Shown here piece after piece: positions 47,230 to 56,364 of a stretch of DNA of 64,000 bases (positions within the stretch are counted from its first letter, which is position 1; every line of letters starts with the position of its first letter). The DNA lies in contig JAZDHH010000007.1 of NCBI GenBank assembly GCA_043806015.1, positions 51,698 to 115,697 on the forward strand. The letters are read 5' to 3'. The notes beneath the pieces were generated by a model that saw only the letters and a program-made list of their open reading frames with translations, was not told the origin of the DNA and did not search any database. The position numbers and the translations under genes were made by a program. This stretch comes from Nanobdellota archaeon (GTDB taxonomy: Archaea > Nanobdellota > Nanobdellia > Woesearchaeales > JAHIVG01).

Positions 47230-47796
47230 ATGGCGGAAGAAGAGAGCACGTTCAGAGGAATCATCACCTTCTTCGACAAGATCGGCATCTACGACGTGGT
47301 CCTGCCCTTCCTGCTCGTCTTCACCATCACCTTCGCCATCTTCGAGAAGACTAAGGTCCTGGGCACCGAGGAGATCGACGGCAAGCGCTACACCAAGAAG
47401 AACCTCAACGCGATGACCGCGTTCGTCATCGCCTTCCTGGTCGTGGCCTCCACCAAGATCGTCTCCATCATCAACAAGAGCCTGGCCAACATCGCACTCA
47501 TCCTGATCATCATCGTCTCCTTCATGCTGCTCGTCGGCATGTTCTTCAAGGAGAGCGAGGACGTCTTCCTAGGCGGCAAATGGCGGACATTCTTCATGGT
47601 GGTGCTCCTCATCGGCGTGGTCCTCGTGTTCCTGGGGGCGGGCGGCTGGATCGAGCCCTGGTGGGAATGGCTTGTCAAGCACTGGGACACCAACTGGGTC
47701 GGCTCCATCATCCTCATCGTCCTCATCATCGTCATGATGCTCTTCATCACCAAGGACCGGGCGTCGCCGAAAAAGGCGCCCGAGAAGTCGGAGTAA
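47230..47796 (+). CDS. multi-TM membrane protein, paralog 1 of a triad
   Basis: DVVLPFLLVFTITFAIFEKTKVLG...N..AFVIA. Confidence 0.8.
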   Translation: MAEEESTFRGIITFFDKIGIYDVVLPFLLVFTITFAIFEKTKVLGTEEIDGKRYTKKNLNAMTAFVIAFLVVASTKIVSIINKSLANIALILIIIVSFMLLVGMFFKESEDVFLGGKWRTFFMVVLLIGVVLVFLGAGGWIEPWWEWLVKHWDTNWVGSIILIVLIIVMMLFITKDRASPKKAPEKSE

Positions 47797-47846
47797 AGAT
47801 TAATATAGTACCTCATACACAAAAATCCTGAAAAGGAGGCTATAAC

Positions 47847-48452
47847 ATGGCAAGCGACGCGTGGAATCTCAACAGTTTCATCCAGATCGTTGAAGGATGG
47901 GGCCTCACCGATGTGATGCTGCCCTTCCTGCTGCTGTTCACCATCTTCTTCGCTATCCTCCAGAAGTCGCGGCTTCTCGGCGACGAGAAGAAGAATTACA
48001 ACATGATCGTCGCCCTGGTCATTGCGCTCATCGTAATCGTCCCCCACGTGACGCAATCCTACCCCAGCGACAACTGGGACCCCGTCGTGGTCATGAACAA
48101 GGCGCTGCCGACCGTCTCCATCATCGTGGTGGCCATCATCATGATGCTCATCCTCATCGGCATCTTCGGCGGCGAGGCGCACCTGCTGGGTGTCGCCCTG
48201 AACGGCTGGATCGCCTTCGTCAGCTTCGCGTTGATCATCGTCGTCTTCGGGTCCGCGGCCGGCTGGTGGGCGGGCTGGGATTGGTTCAACGACGTCTTCG
48301 GCCAGGAGGCCATCGCGCTGATCATCATCATCCTGGTCTTCGGCATCATCATCGGCTTTGTCACCGGCGAGGGCGGCGAGCGCGAGGAGCGCACCCGTTT
48401 CAAGCGCATCGGCGATGACCTGCGGAATGTCTTTGGTGGCGGCGGGAAGTAA
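47847..48452 (+). CDS. multi-TM membrane protein, paralog 2 of a triad
   Basis: DVMLPFLLLFTIFFAILQKSRLLG...N..ALVIA; RBS GGAGG. Confidence 0.8.
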   Translation: MASDAWNLNSFIQIVEGWGLTDVMLPFLLLFTIFFAILQKSRLLGDEKKNYNMIVALVIALIVIVPHVTQSYPSDNWDPVVVMNKALPTVSIIVVAIIMMLILIGIFGGEAHLLGVALNGWIAFVSFALIIVVFGSAAGWWAGWDWFNDVFGQEAIALIIIILVFGIIIGFVTGEGGEREERTRFKRIGDDLRNVFGGGGK

Positions 48453-48458
48453 TTAGGC

Positions 48459-49028
48459 ATGGCCACGGTCATGGATGTCGGACTGCTTGAATTTATCAAG
48501 CCTATCCTCTCCATCGTCCTGGTCGCCGCGATCTCTTACGGCATCTTCACCTACACCAAGCTCTTCGGCGAGAACAAGGGCTTGCACGCTATCATCGCGG
48601 TGCTGATCGCGCTGCTGCTGGCCTTCATGAAGTCGCTCAGCAGCCTCGTCTCCACGATGCTGCCGTGGTTCGTCGTCTTCTTCATCTTCGTGATTTTTTT
48701 CCTGATGGGCTTCAAGCTCTTCGGAGCGACGGACAGCGATATCTCCAGCACGCTCAAGAACAACAAGGCCGTGTTCTATTGGATCCTGGTGGTCGGGATC
48801 CTCATCCTGCTCGGCTCGATCGGCCAGGTCTTCTTCACCGGCGACCAGCCATCCACCGACATCACCAACACGTCCACCATCCAGACAGGGGACGTTGGCA
48901 CCACAGGGACGGGCGCCTTCTGGGCGACCATCTTCCATCCCAAGGTGCTCGGCATGCTGGTCATCCTCATCATCGCGGTCTTCACGGTTCTCTGCCTCGC
49001 GGGCGGCTCCACCAGCGGGAAGCATTAG
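48459..49028 (+). CDS. multi-TM membrane protein, paralog 3 of a triad
   Basis: IKPILSIVLVAAISYGIFTYTKLFG...AVLIA. Confidence 0.75.
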   Translation: MATVMDVGLLEFIKPILSIVLVAAISYGIFTYTKLFGENKGLHAIIAVLIALLLAFMKSLSSLVSTMLPWFVVFFIFVIFFLMGFKLFGATDSDISSTLKNNKAVFYWILVVGILILLGSIGQVFFTGDQPSTDITNTSTIQTGDVGTTGTGAFWATIFHPKVLGMLVILIIAVFTVLCLAGGSTSGKH

Positions 49029-49087
49029 GCTTCTTTCTATCGTCGATTATTATCTCAGGAGGGCGGTAGAGAATACGTTGATCCCTT

Positions 49088-49189
49088 CCGCCACTCCGCG
49101 ATGGCGTGGCGGCACGGTCCAGCCGCTTCCGGCGGCCGGCTTTAGCCGCCCGGGAACCGGGCGGACCGAGCCGCGGCCGAAGGCCGCGG
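49088..49189 (-). ncRNA. GC-rich structured element: hairpin, perfect four-way junction, hairpin
   Basis: minus strand CGGUCC[GCCCGG-UUC-CCGGGC][GGC-UAAA-GCC][GGCCGC-CGGAA-GCGGCU]GGACCG at 49168-49115, flanked by 8-bp and 7-bp hairpins. Confidence 0.5.
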
Positions 49190-49241
49190 AGAGTAGTCTT
49201 CTTTTTCCATTGCCAATTTCAAGGGATGACAAGAAATCCGT

Positions 49242-49898
49242 TCACGCCTTCTTCTTCTTCACGTCCTGCGTTATCCTGGACAGTTCCTGGACGTTCTCGG
49301 TAAGGCTCGGAAGGATCTTCTGGAAGACCTGCTCCATGGCCTTGATGTCCGAGCCCAGGTTGACCAGGTTCTGGTCGTACTCGCCGATCTTGCCCAGGAC
49401 GCCCTGGTGCAGCATGTCGAAGTTGCGCTCGACGTCCGCGAAGCGCTGCTCGATCTGCCCCATCTTCTCGTCCATGCGCTCCTTCCACTCGATGACCTTG
49501 TTGACGTTCTTTACGAGCTCGTTCCACTTCTCGTCGATGATCGCTTCCGCGATCTCCTAGATGCGCTCCTCAGAGCTGCCCTGCGGTGAAAAGCCTTGCA
49601 TTTCGGGCGGTGGCTGCGCATAGCCGCCTTCCGTGACCATGCCTGGCGGCGGGGCGGTCATGGCCGGGATGCCCTCGACGTTGCCCTTCACGTCCGCCTG
49701 GTTCATGGCGTCGAAGATGACGTTGGGGGCGAAGCCCTGCTGCTGCAGGCGCTGGATGATCTGGTTGTTGGAGAAGCCTTGCTGGCGCATCTGCAGGACG
49801 TCGTTGACCGGGGGGACTCCCTGCGGCTGGGGCGGTGGCTGCCAGGCGGAAACGTCTGCAGGCGGCGCATCTTTCTTCCCGAAGCTGAACATGGCCAT
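49242..49898 (-). CDS. P/Q-rich N-terminus plus coiled-coil protein interrupted by an in-frame TAG (49557-49559)
   Basis: frame continues EERI*EIAEAIIDEKW to the stop at 49242; host-like codons on both sides of the TAG. Confidence 0.7.
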
Positions 49899-49977
49899 GA
49901 ATCCCTTTACCTAAACATTGTTTATAAAGCTTTCGGCGGCGAAAAATATTTATACCTGGCGTTGGAAGAGAAGAGGC

Positions 49978-50073
49978 ATGAAAGCGCAAACAAAAGTCGA
50001 GTACGCCATCATCCTCGCGGTCGTCGTGGTCATCGCCCTCATCGCCGTCGGGGTCCTTGGCGGGTTCGCCTAA
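49978..50073 (+). CDS. 31-aa class III signal peptide (pilin-like) microprotein
   Basis: MKA/QTKVEYAIILAVVVVIALIAVGVLGGFA: KA-Q cleavage motif, +5 Glu, hydrophobic helix; own TATA (TTTATA ~49949) and GAGG RBS. Confidence 0.7.
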   Translation: MKAQTKVEYAIILAVVVVIALIAVGVLGGFA

Positions 50074-51530
50074 ATATTCTTGAGAAGATGCGCGAGGAGA
50101 TCGTCCTTCTTGATGCGTTCCTGCTTGGTGCTGTCCCGGTCGCGGACAGTGACGGTGCCGTCGGTTAGCGAATCGAAGTCCACGGTGACGCAGAACGGCG
50201 TGCCGGTCTCGTCCTGGCGGGCGTAGCGCCGGCCGATGCTTCCTGACTTGTCGAAAATGCAGGGCATGTGCTTCCGGAGCGCCTCAAAAACAGAGCGCGC
50301 GGCCTCCATGAGCTCCGGCTTGTTGGAGACGAGCGGGAAGACGGCGACTTTCACCGGCGCGATCGAGGGATGGAGGTGCAGCACCACGTTGCCGCGCTCC
50401 TTGTCGAAGTCATAGGCGTCGAAGAGGAACGCAAGGAGCGCCCGCTCAATGCCCTGCGACGGCTCCGCCGCGACATGGGGAACCACTTTCTCCTTTGATT
50501 CCTCGTCGAAGATGCCGAGCTCCTTCTTCGCCGCCTTGGCGTGCTGCTCGAGGTCGAAGCTTGACCTGTCTGCATCTCCATGGATCTCTTTCCAGCCGAA
50601 TGGGAACTTGTACTCAATGTCGAAACAGGCGCTGGCATAGTGGGCAAGTTCTTCTTTATGGTGCTCCCGGATCCGGAGATGCGAGGCCTTGATGCCGTGG
50701 TCCAGGAACCAGCGGTAGAAGAGCCCGACCCAGTAGGCGTGCCATGCGGTCTTGAAGATGCGCTTCTCGAGCAGGTCCCCGATGGCCAGGCTGTGTTCTG
50801 TCTTGTCCGCGGCGAGCAGATGCACTTTTAGCTCTTTGATCTCATCGAACGGGAGGCAGTCCTGCAGCTTTTTTGGATGGCAGAAGAATTCTATCTCGAA
50901 CTGCTCGAATTCCCTTGTCCTGAAGAGGAAGTCCCGAGGTGAGATCTCGTTGCGGAATGCCTTTCCCTCCTGGGCGATGCCGAAAGGCAGCTTGACCCTG
51001 CCGACGTCCACGACAGTGGGGAATGCGGTGAAGATGAGCTGCGCGGTCTCTGGGCGCAGGTAGGCAGTCAACCCTTTGTCCGGGCCGACGGAAGTGGAGA
51101 ACATGAGGTTGAAGCTATTCCCCATGGCCAGATGCCCTTTGCACTTTGGGCAGGAGACATCCTTGAGCAGCGCGGCCATCTGGTCAGGGGCCATGCCGTC
51201 TGCCGAGAGCTTGAGGCTGTCCTCGATGAGGGTGTCAGCGCGGTAAACCTCCTTGCACTTCTCGCAGCTCACCATAGCATCGGCGAAATTCGCGGTGTGG
51301 CCGCTCGCCTGCCAGACCTTAGGGTGGGTGATGATGGCCCCATCGATGCCGAGCACGTCCTCCCGCTGCTGCACGAACGAGCGCCAGAGCGCCGCCTTGA
51401 TGTTGTTCTTCAGCTCGACCCCGATGGGCCCGAAGTCATAGAACCCTGAAAGGCCGCCATAGAGCTCGGCGGAGGGGAAGGCGATGCCCTTCTTCTTGCA
51501 GAAGGTGGCCATCTCGTCGATGCTGATCAT
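50070..51530 (-). CDS. glyS: glycine--tRNA ligase (alpha2 type)
   Basis: YDFGPIG, YLRPETAQ, GKAFRNEISPR, FRTREFEQ, GSIGRRYARQDE. Confidence 0.96.
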   Translation of the reverse strand: MISIDEMATFCKKKGIAFPSAELYGGLSGFYDFGPIGVELKNNIKAALWRSFVQQREDVLGIDGAIITHPKVWQASGHTANFADAMVSCEKCKEVYRADTLIEDSLKLSADGMAPDQMAALLKDVSCPKCKGHLAMGNSFNLMFSTSVGPDKGLTAYLRPETAQLIFTAFPTVVDVGRVKLPFGIAQEGKAFRNEISPRDFLFRTREFEQFEIEFFCHPKKLQDCLPFDEIKELKVHLLAADKTEHSLAIGDLLEKRIFKTAWHAYWVGLFYRWFLDHGIKASHLRIREHHKEELAHYASACFDIEYKFPFGWKEIHGDADRSSFDLEQHAKAAKKELGIFDEESKEKVVPHVAAEPSQGIERALLAFLFDAYDFDKERGNVVLHLHPSIAPVKVAVFPLVSNKPELMEAARSVFEALRKHMPCIFDKSGSIGRRYARQDETGTPFCVTVDFDSLTDGTVTVRDRDSTKQERIKKDDLLAHLLKNI

Positions 51531-51555
51531 GACCAGCACAGGAAGAAGGCCGTTA

Positions 51556-52050
51556 TTAAAGCTTTTTGTTGAGCAAGAGGTATGCTGCCTTGAACCCGTC
51601 GCCGAACATCTCCGGCCGGGTCTTGAGCTGGTCCTCGAGGCAGGCTATGTTGAAGAAGAGTATGTCGTCCGTCTCGGCCTCGTTCGTGATGAAGGGACCG
51701 TCGCTGTTCGCCCGGAAGGCCATGATGTTCTGCTTCTCCTGCGGGGTGTAGCTCCTTGTCTGGCCGATCGGCTTGAGCGCCACGTTGATGCCGAGCTCCT
51801 CTTTCATCTCACGCGCAGCTGCATGCTCATAGCTCTCGTCCCCCATGACATGGCCGGCGGCGCTGCTCGTCAGCTTCCCTGGCTGGATGGTCATCATCTG
51901 GCTCCTGCGCTGCAGCAGGAGCTCGCCCTGCGAGTTGAAGATCAGGATGTGCACGGTGCGGTGGATCATGCCTTTGGCGTGCAGCTCATGCCAGGTCGCC
52001 TTCCCGGTGACCTTGTCTTCCCTGTCCACGACGTCGTACCAGCGGTGCAT
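51556..52050 (-). CDS. NUDIX hydrolase (IDI/YfcD-like)
   Basis: HRTVH, LLQRRS, AAGH...ESYEHAAAREMKEELG. Confidence 0.9.
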   Translation of the reverse strand: MHRWYDVVDREDKVTGKATWHELHAKGMIHRTVHILIFNSQGELLLQRRSQMMTIQPGKLTSSAAGHVMGDESYEHAAAREMKEELGINVALKPIGQTRSYTPQEKQNIMAFRANSDGPFITNEAETDDILFFNIACLEDQLKTRPEMFGDGFKAAYLLLNKKL

Positions 52051-52229
52051 AGTGGGAAAGGGCTTCGCCGATGTTGAAAAATATCCGCCCCCTGAGGAGC
52101 CTTAAAGGGAGTCACCTATTTAAATATTAGCGTGCGGGTAGGACTCGGCAATCGTAGTATATATCCTTATACAATATATATAATATTAGAAAAAAGTATA
52201 TATTTTCTTAATCACTCTTTGATAGCAAC

Positions 52230-53048
52230 ATGCCGATCGATGACCTGGTCAACGGTACGTTGCACGCCGAGAAGGGCAGCATCGAGCAGAAAGTAGAGCA
52301 GGCTATCGATGACCAGGCGAAAAAGGAGGCTGTCCGCAAAAGGCCGGGCTTCTTCACCTGGCCGGTCAAATACCTGGGCATCACCGGGCTCCTGGCCGCG
52401 GGGGGCTACCTCATCACCGGCGTCAATGCATTCCTTACCAGCGGCGCGTTTGGCATCGGGTATATCGTCGAATGCGGCAAGAACAAGGTCAAGCCGACGG
52501 TGGACAAGTTCTTCCGCAACATCTGGAAAGGCATGGTCATGGGCATCAGCGCCTATTTCATCTATGCGGGCACGGAAGCTGTCGCGAAAACCTATGACCT
52601 GGGACGTACCTTCCTCGGCAAGGTCGCCAAGACCGCGATCTTCAACCCGGTAGGCGTCGGCGTCTTCAACGTCGGCTTCCAGGCATACACGCATGCAGAG
52701 GAGCGCTACGGCTGGAAGGAGATGCTGAAGCCCTGGAAATGGCCGCAGTACATGGGCACGCTCTACTCAGAAGAGCTCAAGCCGCGGTGGGCGAAGCTCA
52801 CTGCCAAGACCATGAAGATCTTTTTCCCGATCCACTTCCTTGCCCAGAATTATATCTCGGGCATCACAGCAAGGATGGCGATCGGCGGCATGAACGACAT
52901 CATCTATCGCCTCGTGGCTCCGGCGGAGAAGAAAAAGGAACAAGAACCCGCGAAGAGCCCTGCCTACGCACCTTCGCCGGCGCCTTCCCTCAGCCAATCC
53001 TACTCAAGGAATCCAATCGGCATGCAGCCTCGGCTCGGGTTCGCCTGA
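52230..53048 (+). CDS. membrane protein, weakly Mpv17/PMP22-like
   Basis: several TM helices; KTAIFNP and FFPIHFLAQNYI resemble Mpv17/PMP22 segments; BRE/TATA upstream. Confidence 0.6.
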   Translation: MPIDDLVNGTLHAEKGSIEQKVEQAIDDQAKKEAVRKRPGFFTWPVKYLGITGLLAAGGYLITGVNAFLTSGAFGIGYIVECGKNKVKPTVDKFFRNIWKGMVMGISAYFIYAGTEAVAKTYDLGRTFLGKVAKTAIFNPVGVGVFNVGFQAYTHAEERYGWKEMLKPWKWPQYMGTLYSEELKPRWAKLTAKTMKIFFPIHFLAQNYISGITARMAIGGMNDIIYRLVAPAEKKKEQEPAKSPAYAPSPAPSLSQSYSRNPIGMQPRLGFA

Positions 53049-53114
53049 GCCGAGGCATTTTTATCCCTTTAAAGTAGTAAATTATAGAAAGGCTTATATA
53101 CCGCTTCTCGTTTA

Positions 53115-53129
53115 TGTATAGGATATACA
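53115..53129. promoter_or_regulatory. palindromic operator TGTATA-GGA-TATACA
   Basis: perfect 6-bp inverted repeat between the TATA box and the ATG of the small AbrB-like gene. Confidence 0.55.
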
Positions 53130-53141
53130 CTGGGGTAACAG

Positions 53142-53282
53142 ATGAGACAGCACATCATAACGAAAAGGATCGCCAAGCACGGGAAGCAGGCTATCATCGT
53201 CATACCTAGGATTCTCGAGCGAGAGCTCCCTCCCGGCACCATCGTCCGCGTGACGGTTGATGTCCTTGAGGTGGCACCATGA
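53142..53282 (+). CDS. 46-aa AbrB/SpoVT-like swapped-hairpin DNA-binding protein
   Basis: MRQHIITKRIAKHGKQAIIVIPRILERELPPGTIVRVTVDVLEVAP; stop overlaps the next ATG. Confidence 0.7.
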   Translation: MRQHIITKRIAKHGKQAIIVIPRILERELPPGTIVRVTVDVLEVAP

Positions 53283-55447
53283 CCGCCGACCGAGTGCCCG
53301 CGACACAAGCAGGATGGGATCCAAAAATGACAGAACTTCAGCCTAGTTGGGAATCCATTCTTTCCATGCCTTTCGGACAGGCTAAAAGCGTCCATGACGC
53401 ACATCAGGCGTTGCTGACGGGCGATCGCCTGGCAGCCAATATCGCAATCCCGTATCATGTTGTCCGCGGCCATCCTCAGATTCAACAGGGATTGGCAAAG
53501 CAGGAAAGCATCGTGGCGTACCTCCGCCAGCAGGTGGAGGCGGGCTCTATGGGCTCCGTCGAGGTCGCCAATATACTGGAGGCTATGCCCCAGGCCGTTT
53601 CCTTCTCCAGAATCCTTCCCCAAGCCTCAGGAACCTACTTGTACCGACGTGGTTTGCTCGTCGAGACGGTCTACCGCTTTCCATCGGGACAGAACGTGAG
53701 GCTCTTCAGCCGTGTCTCCAAGAATGCCAAGGAGTCTGGTCAGATCGCGAGGCAACAGCTTTTCTACGATGGCCTTGTGCGCTACCTGCACGAGCGCCTG
53801 CCAAACGGCACCCCTTTGAGTGCTGTGCTCAACTCTGTCAAGACGCAACGACACCTGCATCAGGAGAAAGGTGTCTTGGAGGATATCCTCATCGATGGCG
53901 AAGACGGTCAAGCCCATGCAAGAAAGCTTTCTGACAACGATCGCATGGACTTCATCGAAAAGGTGTGCGGCCTTGACATCCTCGTCGGTTATTTCGCGGA
54001 AGAATTTCTCCGCACGGACGAGGGGGAAAAACTTTCCTATGGCAGCGGCCTCAGGGGAAAGATAAACAGAGCCTTGGGGAGACCACTCACGCCAGAGGTC
54101 GATAGCGTAGTCCAAGTCTATGAACGGATCCTCATTCCCCAGGACGCGGAACTCCGCCGATCACTCATCGATGCTGGAATAATCGGCTCGGACCGCAGGG
54201 TCAGGCATCCGGAGAAGCTGCTCCGGCGTTACCAGCATGCGCAAGAGAGGGAATTCGTGGATTTCCTGGTTGGCAAAGATACGCCAGGCCAATCATTCTA
54301 CACCAATCTTGACTCTACCGGCTTCAACATCATGGTCAGCGGAGGGAAAATAACGCCGATCGACTTCGAGCAATACGGCTTCGGCTCGATTTTCACCGCC
54401 CTGGCGCCACGGCTCGTCACGATGAGTAAAAAGGGCTCTTCTGTAGACGAGAAAGTTTCCTTCTATTCCGATATGGCCGATCGCCTGTATTCCGCCTATG
54501 AGGCCTGCTTCGCGGTGTCACCCCGGGAAGAGAAGATTACGCCTGAGGAGTTCAAGGCAGGGCTGCACCGGGCGATCTTGGCACACCATCTCGTGCTCGC
54601 GCGCAGATTCCACCAGTACGCCCGGCACGACCATGACCCTGAGAAGATAGAGTTATTGGCCCGCGCCAATTACGCCATGTTCGAGCAGCTTGCACTGAAA
54701 AGGGAGGTTTCTCTCCCTGCCATCGCCTATGTCCGTTCACTCTTCGGCCAATCATCCTATGGTGACATAAGCGCCTTCGGACAGTATGACGCTGTTTCCA
54801 ACTCCGAGCTCCAGCCCCGGGACATGGAGGAGCTCTTGGCGCATGAGCTTGATCAGATGGCGAGCCAGGCACGGAGCCATCGAATCGCTGAAGCCCGACG
54901 GCGCACCCTGTTACCGGCTGGCATCGCGGCCGCGCTCCTGCTGGCGACTGCAGCGTCGTATATGGCTGTGAGGAACCAGTATGAAGTCGAACACCAACGG
55001 AAGGTCACTGAATTAGAAAGGGCTTCTGGGCTGGTCGCGGGGATAAGGGGCAATCGGAACCTTCCGGATATCACCTTTATCGCTCGGCAAGGGATGGTCG
55101 AATGGGAATGGGGAATAACAGACAAAAAGACTGCGCTCGGGCTGTCCATGACACAGGAATCCTATGCTGTTGTGAAGGATGCCATCGAGACGACCGGTTC
55201 GACTGAATGGATGGATATCTCGATGTATGTTTTTAGGCATAATCGTGATGTTTTTGCAGCGGTCGAGGATGCCTATTTCATATTGGACACCGGGATGATA
55301 TCCGGGATCCACAACGACAATGTCGCCAAGAAGACCTTCAAGGAGTGGGAGGCTCGTAGAATTGCCCAGAACAGGGGTGCCTTAGGAGCCCCAACGGATT
55401 CAAGGGAGAGACTCTATTTCCCCTCAACCCATTCGCTTCTTCAATAA
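53279..55447 (+). CDS. large single-TM protein with a kinase-like (APH/choline kinase) phosphotransferase motif
   Basis: NLDSTGFNIM (xxDxxxxN) followed by PIDFEQ; TM LLPAGIAAALLLATAASYMAV. Confidence 0.6.
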   Translation: MTADRVPATQAGWDPKMTELQPSWESILSMPFGQAKSVHDAHQALLTGDRLAANIAIPYHVVRGHPQIQQGLAKQESIVAYLRQQVEAGSMGSVEVANILEAMPQAVSFSRILPQASGTYLYRRGLLVETVYRFPSGQNVRLFSRVSKNAKESGQIARQQLFYDGLVRYLHERLPNGTPLSAVLNSVKTQRHLHQEKGVLEDILIDGEDGQAHARKLSDNDRMDFIEKVCGLDILVGYFAEEFLRTDEGEKLSYGSGLRGKINRALGRPLTPEVDSVVQVYERILIPQDAELRRSLIDAGIIGSDRRVRHPEKLLRRYQHAQEREFVDFLVGKDTPGQSFYTNLDSTGFNIMVSGGKITPIDFEQYGFGSIFTALAPRLVTMSKKGSSVDEKVSFYSDMADRLYSAYEACFAVSPREEKITPEEFKAGLHRAILAHHLVLARRFHQYARHDHDPEKIELLARANYAMFEQLALKREVSLPAIAYVRSLFGQSSYGDISAFGQYDAVSNSELQPRDMEELLAHELDQMASQARSHRIAEARRRTLLPAGIAAALLLATAASYMAVRNQYEVEHQRKVTELERASGLVAGIRGNRNLPDITFIARQGMVEWEWGITDKKTALGLSMTQESYAVVKDAIETTGSTEWMDISMYVFRHNRDVFAAVEDAYFILDTGMISGIHNDNVAKKTFKEWEARRIAQNRGALGAPTDSRERLYFPSTHSLLQ

Positions 55448-56298
55448 TCCTGGAAAGAAAGGCTGAGATGGTGCATACGCTTGCTCAAGCTGAGCAAAGT
55501 GCAAAAAACCGCTGGATCCTTTGCGAGCCGCGCCTCGGTTTCCTTGATGAAGCCTTGCAGGCTTCTCCTCAGCGAGAGCAGCGCTTCTCTTCGTGGCGAG
55601 CGATAACATGCAGAGAATTCGTGGAAAAGCGAGGCGAATCGGGAAAGGGATGCTCTATGAATAGGCTTTCTTGCAATTTTTCCTAGGCCTTCGACCTCAT
55701 CAGCGATGTCCTCCAGCGACCAGACCAAAGCGTAGAGGAAATGCGACCGGTTGCGGTCGTCGATCTTGCCCTTGTTGATGAGCCGCTCGCAGAAGTTCGT
55801 CAGCTTGTTGAGGGTCTTCTCGAGGGAACCGAGGGTCACGGCAGCATCCGGTTTTCCATCGGCAAGCGTCTTGGCCATGTCAAGGATGATGAGGAAGCAG
55901 CGGCTGAGCAGCTGCTCGAACTGGTCTTCCATGCCCTCGGCGACATTGCGGATGATAATGCGGCCTTCTCCTTGCTCCACAATCTCGAAGCCCAGGAGTT
56001 TTTCCAGCGCGCCGCGCACAAGCTCGACGACCGCAGAATCGGCATAGCGGATCGTCAATTCATCCACGCCGAAGCGATAGGGAGTGTGGATGAGCCGCTC
56101 CATGAATTGCCCTTTCCCCTCAATCGAAACCTCTCTTTTTGTGGGCGGCAAGATGCCTTTCGCAGTCAAGGTCAGATCCCCGCCATTGATGGAAGCCTCG
56201 AGCTCTTCGCCTGCAGAAATGCCTTGTTCCTTCACCCACCGGCTCGGCAGCGACGCCACGAGGGTCGCGTTGCCCAGCTTGATGACCCTTCGCTTCAT
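55441..56298 (-). CDS. phoU: AbrB-PhoU phosphate uptake regulator
   Basis: RRVIKLGNATLVASLPSRWVK AbrB domain, GFEIVEQ, LEDIADE. Confidence 0.82.
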   Translation of the reverse strand: MKRRVIKLGNATLVASLPSRWVKEQGISAGEELEASINGGDLTLTAKGILPPTKREVSIEGKGQFMERLIHTPYRFGVDELTIRYADSAVVELVRGALEKLLGFEIVEQGEGRIIIRNVAEGMEDQFEQLLSRCFLIILDMAKTLADGKPDAAVTLGSLEKTLNKLTNFCERLINKGKIDDRNRSHFLYALVWSLEDIADEVEGLGKIARKPIHRASLSRFASLFHEFSACYRSPRREALLSLRRSLQGFIKETEARLAKDPAVFCTLLSLSKRMHHLSLSFQDY

Positions 56299-56364
56299 GG
56301 AGTGAAGCAAGATTCAGAAGTATATAAATTTTCTTGAAATATATATTTTCCAGAAGCTATCTTG

